Assembly (NCBI GenBank): GCA_964016885.1
Contig: OZ024747.1
Coordinates: forward strand, 40,486,001-40,550,000
Length of the DNA stretch: 64,000 bases
Direction of reading: 5' to 3'
Source: Eledone cirrhosa
Taxonomy: Eukaryota
Shown one piece after another: positions 24,948-37,888 of this stretch. How positions within the stretch are numbered: the first letter of the stretch is position 1; every line of letters starts with the position of its first letter. The notes below the pieces were generated by a model, which saw nothing but the letters and a program-made list of their open reading frames with translations, was not told the origin of the DNA and did no database searches. The translations under genes and the position numbers were made by a program.

Positions 24948-27019
24948 GGTGATAGTGTAGCATGGCTGCAGTCTAATGACAGAAACTTGTAAAAGACTAA
25001 AAGGATAATACCAAAGCATCACTTAGTTTTACTCCCCATGGAGCAGTGGGCGATGAGAAATCTCCATTCCACTTGGTTGTAAGCCTTGTCATGAGTCTTT
25101 TATCAGACCAAGTATCAGCTCATTATTTCTGCAGCAACTTTGATTAAGGGAGGTAATGTTATTAGCTTTGCATTTCACCCCACTGCCCTTCTTATCACAG
25201 GTGAAAAACTAACCTAATTTTATGTCCAGTGTTGAAATAATTTTTCTATAAATCATTTCAATCTACTTTCAAAGAAACAATGTGTAAAGGTTTCTTTAAA
25301 ACTTCGATAATGGTATATCCGGTATTAAAGTAATATTTCTTCAAATTACTTCACTCTATTTTCAAAGCAACATTAGATAACACTATGTCCAGTATTGAAA
25401 CAATATTTCTGTCAATCATTTAAATCTCTTTGAAGTAATGTTTCTTTAAATCCAGAATAACTACTACAATATATTTGGAAAAATGATGTCAGTGTAAAAT
25501 ACTGAACAACACAACAACTGGACGAAATCATTCCTGAAAAGTAAGCGTTGTAGATTCTTATACTTATACCATTTTTTATCTTTACTCATTTCAGTCTCTT
25601 GACTATGGCCAAACTGGAACACTGCCTTAAAGTTAATCATATCGTACCTAATACTTGCTTTTTCAATTCTGGTACTTATTTTATCAATCCCTTTTTCTTG
25701 ACTGCTAAGCTATGTGACATAAACATAGACATAAAAGTAAATATAGGAACACACACAATACATATGTAAACTGATCTTTGTGAAATTTTGCAGTATTAGA
25801 GCAAAGATTTTAATACTTAATGTTATATATTGTGCTAAAAAGTATATTGCTTAAATAGGGGAAATTAACTCTTAACATCACGTAATGATTTTGACTACGA
25901 AAGTGTCTAGAATAGCAGCCCAATGACTGGTTCCACCAGTTGTAGGAACATGATTGAATGATTTAACATAAAATTAATAAAAATAGGTTTCTTAATTTAA
26001 TAGTTTTTAGAATCATTACTAGTAGACGGATCCTTTGGAAAATTTGCAGTATTAAATTAAAGACTATATTTTCTCATGTTCAACTGTCATAGTGATGTTT
26101 TATACTTTTCAAGAATGTCTGGCTAATGTGGTTTTATGTATTATAGGGTATTAAGTGTTAATAATATTGATTAAACTTTACAAATTCTGGAGGGAAAATT
26201 TTATTAGATTAATGTTTTTGTGGATATGCAAGTATGCATGTTTACATTTTCTTTTGTGTGTGTGTCAGCGATTTTTTCTTTTGTTTGTTTGATCATTTAT
26301 TTATCCATATTTCACTTGACCAGATTTTACCACGTAAGACATTTTCTGCTTTTGGCCATTAATCACTGTAATCAAAGAGAATCTTAGCATTGTTTTTTAA
26401 ATGAAGGAAGCTATGTTGCCTTTCAAAATGCTGAAGTTTATTTTTTTAGATTTTATCTTTCTATCATGTGTTGAGGAAGGATGAAAGTAGGTAGGTGAGA
26501 GGAGTGATGCAAATGAATGTGGAAGGAAATGGAGAGAAAAGAAGACCAAGAAAGACATGGCTAAAGATGATGAAGGAGGAAATGAAAGCCAGGATGTTAG
26601 TGTGGGGGGTGGCTATACAGCTGATATAGAAAAACGGAGTGGCTTGTCAATGGGTCAACAAGGCTAACCTCTACTCTAGCAGCAAAGATGGTTTCAAAAT
26701 GCTTGTCATTGTGTTGTATTACATCATGTGTTGAGAAAAGTGGCTGGGTGAGAGGAATGATGCAAATGAATGTTGAAAGAAGTAGAGGAAGTGGAAGATC
26801 AAGAAATACATGACTAAAGAGGATAGAGGAGGAAATGAAAACCATGGTGTTGATGAGGGGCTATACAAATGATAGCGCAAAATGGAGATGCTTGCCATGT
26901 GGCCTGAAAGGCTAACCCATTGCTTTACCAGTGAAAATGACCTTAGAAGGTTTGTTGTAATTATCGTGATTGTCTTCCTGACATTTGATTGTGTGGCAAT
27001 ATATTATTTTGAGTAAACT

Positions 27020-28280
27020 TTACACACAAAACCCACACATTGATACACATACTCTATGTTTGCATCCTGTGTCGTCTTAATGTTTTCTTAATGTAAACCC
27101 TTTTTGGTGAGTAAAGAAATCATTATTATTACTAGCAGTGAACTGGCAGTATCGGTAACATACTAGGGCGGTGAACTGGCAGTATCGGTAGAGTGTTGGA
27201 CGCCATGCTTTCTAGCATAGTTATGTCTCTTTAAGGTCTGAGTTCAAATCCCGTCGAAGTTAACTTTGCCTTTCATCCTTACGGGGTCGATAAAATAAAG
27301 TACCAGTAATGTACTGGGTAATTGCTGGCCTTGTGCCAAAAGTAGAAACAATTATTATTTACTAGCAGTAAAACCACCCATTTGGTGGATTTCTGTAGCA
27401 TGTGTAGCGTGCATATTGATATTATACACAAATATATATACATGTAGATATGATATAACAAATAAAATTGTAATTGACAATATATACAGAAATTGAAGAG
27501 AGACTGTGTTATACTGTCTTCTGTAATTAGTAAAGTAATCCATGATACATTTAAAAAGGACGATATTATATATAAACTGCATATATAAAATGTGTTTACA
27601 TGCAAAACCCACACATTATGTTTTCATCCTGTGCTGTCATAATGTTTTTCTTAATGTAAACCCTTTGTGGTTATAAAGAAATCGTTATTATTATTATGGA
27701 TTGGCAGTATCAGTAGTGCGTCAGACACCATGCTTTGCAGCATAGAGTTATGGCCCTTTGTATTCTGAGTTCAAATCCCATCGAGATTAGCTTTGCTTTT
27801 CATCCTTACGGGGCCAATAAAATAAAGTACCAGTAACGTACTGGGGCCAATTTAATCAACTTTCTCCTTCAAATTGCTGTCTTGCGCCTAAAGTAGAAAC
27901 AATTATTATTATTTCCATTATTATTTTTTATTGTGCATCGTTACTGCTTTACTGAGCACAGCTCTATGCACCTTGGGTATGAGCAGTATAGGTTTTGTTG
28001 ATGTTGTTTTTATTGTATTGATAGTACTTTTTGTAATATGTGTGCAGTGCCTAGTGGTGCTATCTTTTGTATGGTCTATATATTGTTTGGGCTATGCATT
28101 TGTCTGTGTGTTTTTAGGGTCGGACACCATGATTTCCAGCATAGTTACGTTCCTTTATGGTCTGAGTTCAAATCCCGCTGAAGTTAACTTTACCTTTCGG
28201 GATCGATAAAATAAAGTACCAGTAATGCACTGGGATAATTGCTGGCCTTGTGCCAAAAGTAGAAACAATTATTTTTATTA
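27020..28280 (+). mobile_element. Cluster of two Tx1-like 3' ends, three family A SINEs and a minus-strand Helitron 3' end (from 27362)
   Basis: taaagaaatc(a/g)ttatt at ~27120 and ~27683; SINE cores; 27362-27590 similar to 30556-30772. Confidence 0.65.
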
Positions 28281-28699
28281 TTATCATACAGTGCTTAACA
28301 TTATTAATTATAGAATGACAAGAGTAACATATCAGAATACCAGCTGCCCATTTATATTTTCTTTTTTTTTTTTGACAGGTATAGTAGACACTTTGGAAAT
28401 AGCATCCATTGATATCTCCTAATAATTGAAACAGCACATTCCATTACCAAGTTGAAAACGATTAGCGGAAGTCAAGAGCTAACATGGAATTTAAGAAGAT
28501 TAAATGTCAAATATATGAACAAAACGAAAGACCTCTTCTAAAACATCTGAAGTCACTTTACCTTTTCTTTTCAGATAAAACCTATGCACAGCTATTTGTC
28601 AAACTAATAAGGAAGAATTTTCAAAACATGATTTGCTACTTACACATACATGCATGCAAGAATACATACATACATACATTGATATCTCCTAATAAATGA

Positions 28700-29600
28700 A
28701 ACCCTGCACATTCTATTATGGAGTTACAAACTTCCTTATTATTTATTTAATTGTTATAAAATATCAAAAACAAAAAAAAAATCCCTCCATTGGTTATAGG
28801 AACAGAATGAAGCTATACTGGGACGAAATACATCCAGAACTAAATCACTTCACAGCCAAACAATTATGCCAACAAGTAATGTTTGTAGAATGTAAAAATA
28901 ACATGAACATTATTTATTGTAAGTCCCCCAGATCGAACATGCAATCAACAACACATGCTACAGGCCACCATGCTACTAGACTTTCTAATACTCCCTGCAC
29001 GATAAACAAAAACCCACACCCAGGGAAATTTCCCAGTAATACCACAGTCAATTCGTAGATCAAAAACTGCATGCTTATCACCAAAAAGAGAAAAGAAGGC
29101 ATGCACAGTAGTGGAAATTAGCTGCCCAGCAGTTGCCAATATAATTTTAAAGATTAGCGAAAAGGAAAATATTTATGCAGAACTAATGAAAAATCTGCAG
29201 ATACTCCACCCTGATTATACATTCAGATTTATGCCTGTGATTATTGGGACACTGGGATATGTTAGTGACTGCCTCAATACAAATCTTGAGAAGGTGGGCT
29301 TCACAGGAACAGAAAGAACACAACTATTTAGGAAATTACAAGTACAATTCATTAATGGAACTGTAAAAATATGTAAATCATCCCAAACATGTTGCATGTA
29401 ATAACTGCATATACACATGTACAGATACAATGCATATGCACATGTACACATACAACACAAAACATACAGATACACTCATACAATAACATACCTGCATACA
29501 TATTTACTTAGTTGATGTTTAAATTCCAATGAAAGAGTCTTGTGTCTATATTAGACTCTCTCTCTATTGGTAAAAAGTTATAAAATCATGGAACCAGACG
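28700..29600 (+). mobile_element. Internally deleted R4/Dong-like RLE LINE (copy A)
   Basis: N-terminal GYRNRMKLYWDEIHPELNHFTAKQL joined to C-terminal VVEISCP...PVIIGTLG; 3' UTR like 57722-57816. Confidence 0.7.
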
Positions 29601-29632
29601 TACATAGATGTGTGCATGCATGCATACATACA

Positions 29633-32416
29633 TCAGTCGCACATTTTGGCATGGGAGACTATTCATTAAATTTAAGACAAATATTATCTCCGACAGTAAT
29701 ACCACAACTACCAGTCGTATTGAATAACTGGATATTCTTCCAACTATATCCACTGAAGACACCTTTTATTCGAATTCATAGAGATATCTGACTAAATACG
29801 TAATTCATTTTACAAGGATTTGGTACAAACAACATGGCTTGACACAACATCAACAATAACAATTTACCAAACACAAGGAATGAAAATAATTCACTGAACA
29901 CAAGGACGAAAACAATTTACCGAAGAAAATCAGTGAGCAAATCAATGAGAAAGGTAAACAAAATGTTTGTAGCTACAGAAGAAACTAAAATTATAAATCG
30001 CATTTCTCTTGGAGTTGCGAACTTAATGATGATTTATTTTGTTATAAATGACGAAACAATATACCCATGTCAGCTATAGGAACAGAATGAAGCTACACTG
30101 GGACAAAATACATCCAGAGCTAAATCACTTCACAGCCAAACAATTACGCTAACGGGCGATGTTTGTTGAATGTAAAGATAAGATAAATATTGTTAATTGT
30201 AAGTCCACCAGAACAAACATGGAATCAACAACACATGCTACAGGTCGCCATACTTCTAGACTGCCTAGCAACCAGGCCGAACAGTGCCTTGAAACAACTA
30301 TACCTGTAAGAAATTTGATACCACGTGTACCATCTCAGTCTGCCTCGACTGTCGTGGAAAACACTATCGATAATAATAATCAAAAGTATAAACAATTGAA
30401 ATTTTCTCTCAACGAAATCTTCCAGAGAGAAATTAATTCATGTATAAATATTTCTCTTGCTGAACATAATAAAACAACAATACTAAATAAAATAAAACCA
30501 AATAATGAAATCTTATGTGCTATTGACGAAATAAGGGATGAATATTTACAACGGACTAGCAGAAAAACCACCCTACGGGTGGTTTTCTGATAGCAAGTAT
30601 AGTGTGTATATTGATATTATACACAAATATATATGCATATAAATATGATACATCAAATAAAATCGTAATTGACAATATACACAGAAATTGAACAAAGCCT
30701 GCGTTACACTGTCTTATGTAATCAGTAATCCATGATATATTTAAAAAAAGATGATATTATATATAAACTGCATTAGGAGAAAATTAGCAACGGAAATATA
30801 TGCAATTATAAGTGTTGTAATATAACGGCCGCTAACCGGAAGTGTTGACATTTGATAATTTTAAAGAAGTGAATTTTAAAGATCTTTAAATAAGCTATAA
30901 AATATATTTAATCAACAGCCACGAAATTTAGCACATAAATTATGTAATATTCATTCATTATTTATTCAAAGTAATCCAACTTATTTTACAAATGGGGTAA
31001 AAAAATATATCCTGGACGCAATCCCGCACTCCTTTCTTTATTATAGTTAAGATTAAAACTGCCTACTTTTGACAAATCAACGTCTGTTTAAATGCCCTAG
31101 CAATGACAGTGAAGCATTATCTTGGTGATAACAAGAAGAAAACACCACAAAAAATACCATCATATATAACTAAAAGAGAACAAAAGATTGCTGACCTATG
31201 AAAAACTATAGGATATGTGACAATACTCTTTACACGCAAACAAAAACCTTCACTCATCACCAACAAAGAGTGAAAAATAAAATAGAAACTATGTTTGGTA
31301 ACAGTAGAACCAGAACTCTTTAATATAAGTTGATCACCCTCAAACAAGAATTAAGAGCTGTCAGCAAGAAACGTCGATACCTGAAGAAGGTAGATGAAAG
31401 AAAAGTACTTAATAAAAGATTCAGACGAAACCAAACATCAGTCTATAGAGATATGAAGGGCAAAGTAATAAATGTCACTGAGGTCCCATCCCAGAAAGAC
31501 ATAGATTCCTTTGGGAGAAAAATATGGGGTGAAAAGGAGAATTTCAACCAAGATGCAGTGTGGCTAAAAGAAATCCAAAAGAACTATTGCTCCTACACTA
31601 CAACAAAAACATACTAAATAAATGAGGGTACCCTTGAGACTGTGATAGGAAAACTCCAAGATAAGAAAACACCAGGAAGAGGCATGATTGTCGACTACTG
31701 GTACAAAAAACCGATATTCTATCAGATGTATATTATCGACCTCTACTCAAGAGAGATACACATATACCAGAATGGTTGACATTAGCACAAACAATACTGG
31801 TCCCCAGGAACAAAGACACTCACTTGGCAAAAAACTATCAACCCATTGCATGCCAGAACTTGATGTAAATAATAACATCATCACAGATGAACAAGTTGCT
31901 GGAAAGAAAGGTGATTGGGGTTGTGCTGAACAACTCCTAATCAACAAAACAGAGAAATGTGGCTACAGTCTGGCTGGACTACAGGAAAGCTTTTGATTCT
32001 CTTCCCCACTCTTGGATGATAGAGACCCTCTGACTTGCTAAAGTCCCAGACATTATTATCAGAGCGTCTATTATAAGCTCTCTTCTTCTTGGGCTACTAT
32101 CCTAAAGTTAAAGACAGAGAGGGAGGACTCTATTTTCACTGATCAAATAGAACATCCCAGGATATATTTCAAGGAGACAGTCTCTCTGTACTATTATTTT
32201 ATTCCTGTCATTAAACCCCTTGTCCTTTCTGCTCAAGAAATGTGAAGGATACACCATTGGCTTACAGGAAGACAGAAAAGAAATACTAAATTAACTCATA
32301 ATTTCTTTGTGGATGACCTGAAACTCTATGCCAAGAACATAAATGGGATAAAGAAAAATCTTGACCTGGTTACAACGTTCTCAAAGGATATAGGAATGGA
32401 GTTTGGCCAAGATAAA
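29633..32416 (+). pseudogene. R4/Dong-like RLE LINE copy B, 5' half
   Basis: Follows (ATAC)n; GCAEQLLIN, GIFQGDSLS-like and FVDDLKLY RT motifs; ends at EFGQDK. Confidence 0.8.
30556..31052 (-). mobile_element. Non-autonomous Helitron inserted in R4 copy B
   Basis: Minus-strand 5' TC and 3' CTAG at an A|T site; subterminal hairpin aaaaccaccc-tac-gggtggtttt; removing it restores colinearity with copy C (~61410). Confidence 0.85.
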
Positions 32417-32677
32417 TCTATAATATTATAAAGCTGAGTGTCGTGTGTATTATGTATGTATGTATGTATCCTACACACCTCCCTATAATTTGTTAGCTTT
32501 ACTCTCTCCGTCGCTCTTCCCTCTCTGTATAATAGATCATTCCCCCTCTCTATAATTTAACTGCTTTACTCTCTCTGTCGCTCTTCATTCTCAAATATTA
32601 TAAAGTTGAGCGTCGTCTCTCTCTCTCCCTCTTTCACCCTCTCTATAATTGAACTGCTTTACTCTCTGTCTCTCTTC

Positions 32678-32877
32678 NNNNNNNNNNNNNNNNNNNNNNN
32701 NNNNNNNNNNNNNNNNNNNNNNNNNNNNNNNNNNNNNNNNNNNNNNNNNNNNNNNNNNNNNNNNNNNNNNNNNNNNNNNNNNNNNNNNNNNNNNNNNNNN
32801 NNNNNNNNNNNNNNNNNNNNNNNNNNNNNNNNNNNNNNNNNNNNNNNNNNNNNNNNNNNNNNNNNNNNNNNNNNNNN
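32678..32877. other. Assembly gap (200 N)
   Basis: N run; true size unknown. Confidence 1.
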
Positions 32878-33313
32878 CACAACAGAACAACAACATCAAC
32901 TGCCACCACCACCGCCACCGCCGTCGCCATCACCATCACCAGCGACCTTAAGAACAACTTTAATAATAATTTTTCTGCTTTTGGCACGGATCCAGCGACT
33001 GGCCAGCGCATCACTGGTACTCTCTTTTGTTGACTCCGTGGAGAGCCATAACTCTATGCTGTAAAGCAATTATAGTAATACTGGACTGTAATACGATCGG
33101 CTTCAACTATACAAACTCTTGAAAGTCAACAGTTGACATAATCTGGTAATCTTGTATCAGTAATGACGGTAATATATATATATATATATGTGTGTGTGTG
33201 CGTGTAAGTGAGTAGAGTAGCGTGTGTGTGTGTTTGTTGTGTGTGTGAGTGTTGCTGTGTGCACGCATATGTATGCGTGTGTGTGTATGTCGTACGTATA
33301 AGTGTCAATAAGT

Positions 33314-33346
<33 letters not shown>

Positions 33347-33348
<2 letters not shown>

Positions 33349-33647
33349 GCGGGGACATAGAAATAATCGGGCTGGATGCCCGATCGCGCAGTTAAACCAC
33401 TGGGAGTGAAGAACCCCTAGCCCATGTCAGGGTATTCTTCTAGGAGAAGGCATCTCAGGAAACTGGGTTAACTCCGATATAAAACCTGCGGCTCAGTAGT
33501 TACCGATGATGTTGATCTTTTCTTCTTTTCGGGTTATAGCTACTGTCGCTCAGAGAGTGGGATTGGTTCAGTGCACAGTCTTTCCTCACTTTAAAAATAT
33601 TCGTCACGCACAGGCATTGCACGAGTGCATTAATAATTATTAATAGT

Positions 33648-33684
<37 letters not shown>

Positions 33685-36600
33685 TATTATTACTTTTTTT
33701 TTTTTTTTTTTTTTTTTTCCCAATTCAATGATGTTCCAGAACAATGTAAACGAGATAATTGCCAATTTGGGTTCTGGAACAAAAGAGATCATTGGCAATA
33801 AGGGCAGGGGCCCCAAGTTATCACAACCTGGGCCCGCCCGTCATCGTGCCATTGTAATAGAGCCAAACAGGGCATTTAGTCTTGGCTGCTGGAACGTACG
33901 GACGCTGCTTGACAGGGATTCTTTGGAGCGTCCTGAACGAAGGACTGCTCTTGTTGCGAAGGAGCTTCGACGTTACGATCTTGACATCGTGGCTTTGTCT
34001 GAGACGAGGTTAGCTGGAGATGGTCATCTTACGGAATTTTGTGGAGAATATACATTCTTCTGGAAAGGAAGAGATGAAGGAACCAGAAGAGAGGCTGGGG
34101 TAGGATTTGCTGTTAAGACTGTACTGGTGAATAAATTAGAAGAATTCCCAGTGGGGATTAGTGAGCGTCTTATGTCCATGAGAGTTCCGCTGGACAAGGG
34201 AAGATATGCTACCCTGGTGAGTGTGTATGCTCCAACTATGAATTCTGTCGATGAAGAAAAACTGTCCTTTTACCATGCCTTGAAAGGTGTTTTAAGAAAT
34301 ATCCCTCAGGCAGACAAAGTCATCGTGCTTGGTGACTTTAATGCTAGAGTGGGTAGGGATTTTAACACATGGAATGTAATCGGAAGGCATGGGGTGGGAA
34401 AGTGTAACAGCAATGGTATGCTCTTGCTGCAGATGTGTGAGGAGCTGGATCTGTGTGTTACCAACACCATGTTCCAACAAAAGAACAAATTCAAGACCAC
34501 ATGGATGCATCCTGCATCTAAGGAATGGCATCTTTTGGACTACGTCCTAGTCAGGATGCGTGACAGACAGGATGTGCGGTGTGTTCGTGTTCTTCGTGGA
34601 GCTGAGTGCTGGACGGACCACCGCCTGGTACGCGCAAAAGTAAAATCACCAAACGTAAAATCCGGGCTCCTGGTGTTACCCTGCCCAAAAGATTGAATGC
34701 TGCTCGTCTTAAGGATAAAAATGTGAAGAGGACATTGGAAGAAGAGATGCAGGCTGCAGATCTTGGTGAGGATTGGCCGACCCTTAAAAAGTCGGTTTAT
34801 GATGTAGGCAGACGTGTTCTGGGATTGGTGCAGAGAAAACATCAGGACTGGTTTAATGAGAAAGATGTGCATATAGATGACTTGTTGGCTGATAAGAGGC
34901 GCGCTCTGTCACGCTACTTGACGGCAAGACCACAGGAGAGGAATACGTTGCATGAGGAGCTCAGGGATGTAAAATCACGTGTTAGGCGGAGTCTTTCTCG
35001 GATGAAGGATCAGTGGTGGAGTGAGAAGGCTGGTGAGATACAAACTGCGTCTGATTGCAATAACACAAAGCTGTTGTACAGTCTCTTGCGTGAGGTTTAT
35101 GGACCGTCTTCTTCTCTGGTGACACCGATTCGCAGCAGGGATGGCAAAGAACTTCTTCGTGACTCACAGGGAATTCTACGAAGGTGGCGAGAGCACTTTG
35201 ATGATCTTTTGAATCAGCCGTCTGTCGTCAGTGAAGATTTCCTCAATCTCATTCCGGAAAGTCCTGTGAAAGTAGCTCTCGCAGAGCCTCCGACACTTGT
35301 GGAGGTTGCAGTGGCTATTTCGAAGCTGAACAGTGGAAGATCTCCAGGTATGGATGGCATACATGCTGAGCTCCTACAATATGGTGGTGAGAGACTCCTG
35401 CAACATCTTCACTCTCTGTTTGGAGGGATATGGGCTAATGAATCCGTGCCTGAGGACTGGAGAGATGCAGTAATGGTGGTCTTGTACAAGGGAAAGGGTA
35501 ACAGGAATGATTGTGGGAACTACAGAGGTATATCATTGCTTTCTGTCGTGGGGAAAGTTTTATGTAGGGTGCTTCTGGACCGTCTGCTGACACACATTGC
35601 AGATTGTGTCCTTCCTGAAAGTCAATCTGGTTTTCGTGTTGGACGCGGCACTACTGATATGATCTTCTCAGCTAGACAGCTCCAGGAGAAGTGCATTGAA
35701 CAGGGCTTGGATCTGTATCAGGTTTTTGTCGATCTGACAAAGGCTTTCGATACTGTCAACAGAGATGCATTATGGAAGGTTCTCCAGAAACTTGGTTGCC
35801 CTGATAAGTTCCTTGCTTTAGTTAGGTCTTTCCATGACGACATGAAGGCTTGGGTTAATGTCGGAGGTAACATGTCGGAGCCTATCTCAGTAAAAAATGG
35901 AGTGAAACAGGGGGATATTCCAGCACCGACCCTGTTTGCCATATACTTTGCAATGGTTTTCTGTATTGCATTCAGGAATTGCGAGCATGGTGTTTACATC
36001 CGATATCGAACCTCAGGCAGCATATTTAACATCAGGCGCTTTGCTGCGAAGACAAAAGTATTTACATCAGTCATAAGAGACCTCTTGTATGCAGATGATT
36101 GCGATCTTGTAGCGCACACAGAGAGTGATATGCAGCACATTTTGAATGTATTTTCTGACGCTTGCACTACCCTGGGTTTGACTGTCAGTCTCAAGAAAAC
36201 CGTCGTCATGTACCAACCTGCACCTGGTAGGCAGTACACTGAACCAAACATCTATGTGTATGGCAAACGACTTGGAGTGGTTGATCAGTTTGTCTACCTG
36301 GGAAGCACTGTCAATCGATACGGCAACCTTGACGGTGAAATCTCACTTAGGATTAGGAAAGCAAGTGATGCTTTCGGAAAGCTAGAAAGGCGACTCTGGG
36401 GTCGGCGAGACATATGCAGGAGGACAAAGGTAAAGGTGTACAGGGCATGTGTACTCTCTTGTCTTCTTTATGCCTGCGAGACCTGGGTCACATATCGACG
36501 CCACCTTAAGCAATTGGAGCGTTTCCATCAGATGTGTCTCAGACGGATACATGGCGTTCACTGGAGGGACCACATCAGTGATGTCGAGATTTTGGAAAGC

Positions 36601-37277
36601 TCTATGTGTGACAGTATAGAAGCTCTTGTGCTTAAGCAGCGACTCCGTTGGAGTGGTCACCTTGCCAGGATGAAGGATTCTAGAATACCAAAACAACTCT
36701 TCTATGGAGAGTTGGTTAAAGGAAAACGACCGCCACATAAACCAAAAAAGAGGTATAAGGATTCCTTGAAGGCCTCTCTGAGAGACGCTAACATCTCTGC
36801 TGATACATGGGAAAATGTTGCTGCTGATCGTAATAAATGGAGAAAGACTGTATATGAGGGAAAAGTTGCCTTTGAGGCATCTCGAATCGCACACGAGAAA
36901 GTAAAGCGGGACGTGAGGAAGGGTATTGCTGTTGCACTTCCAGACGGCGAGGGTCCTCCTATGTTTCTGACATGCAGCGTCTGTGCGAGACTCTGCCTAA
37001 GCAAAGCTGGACTCGAAAGTCATCTTCGCAGTCATAAAGTAAGACCAGTGGTTGACTACCAGGCTGCTGTTGGAGATGCTACTCATCATGCTTGCCAAAC
37101 ATGTGGTAGAGAATGTAAATCAGCAGGAGGACTCAAGCGACATGCAAAAGTACACGAACTCCAACCACAGCCGACTATTCCCAGTAAATGTTTTGGTTGC
37201 CGACTCTGTGCAAGACATTTTGGATCATTGGCTGGGCTAAAAAGCCACATTCGATCGCAGCACTGTTAGTTGCTATC

Positions 37278-37311
<34 letters not shown>

Positions 37312-37387
37312 GCTTATGTGCGTGCGTGTGTGTGTATATATATATGAATATGTATATTATTGTTGTTGTCGTTATTATTATTATTGC

Positions 37388-37430
<43 letters not shown>

Positions 37431-37613
37431 GTTATTAATGTATGTGTGTATATATGTGTGAGTGTATGTGTATGTATGTGTGTGTGTATATATGTATGTA
37501 TGTGTATGTATGTGTGTGTGTATATATATGTGTATATATATATATGTGTATATAAATGTGTGTATATATATATATATATATATATCTTTTTTTTTATTTA
37601 TTTTTTTTTTTTT

Positions 37614-37675
<62 letters not shown>
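33347..37675 (+). mobile_element. Near full-length RTE (BovB-like) LINE; its 3' UTR resumes at 56055-56168
   Basis: 5' UTR, single APE-RT ORF, microsatellite-rich 3' UTR; terminal tggccatactcgataacgagggggcagccatc(atgt)n lies after the Tx1 array, as in the uninterrupted copy at 58206-60232; exact 5' end uncertain. Confidence 0.9.
33728..37269 (+). CDS. RTE LINE polyprotein (APE + RT + 3 C2H2 zinc fingers), one frameshift near 34645
   Basis: GCWNVRTL, ALSETR, GDFNARVG, TDH; QSGFR, GVKQG, LLYADD; three CxxC-x12-H-x3/4-H fingers; ORFs 33728-34696 and 34606-37269 overlap. Confidence 0.9.
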
Positions 37676-37888
37676 GAATGCCATGGTTGACGGAGGCTCG
37701 GCTCTGTAAGGTATAGTAATTTTTAACCGTTAAAACAATTGTAAATTGTTTAAAACTTGAACCAAATTGTTGATAAAGACACCCTCCTCCTCGTGAGAGG
37801 GGTCTTTCTGTCCGTTATTTGGCCCTTCGGGGTTAAATAACCAGTTATTGGGGTTTTGTACCCAAAATTTCATTTTAAACAAAAAAAC

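Noticed and set aside
32591-33064. ORFs spanning the N run
   Set aside because: Artefacts of translating the gap
33347-33480. HDV-like ribozyme at the RTE 5' end (GACAUAG/CCAUGUC)
   Set aside because: P3 and P1.1 could not be built convincingly by eye; needs a motif search
37326-37709. Ile/Val/Tyr/Cys-rich ORFs (also 43685-44011, 22797-23045, 58174-58573)
   Set aside because: Translations of microsatellites
37775-37860. HDV-like ribozyme in the Tx1 5' UTR (UCCUCGU resembles L3)
   Set aside because: No P1/P2 nested pseudoknot partners found; a simple hairpin explains the pairing
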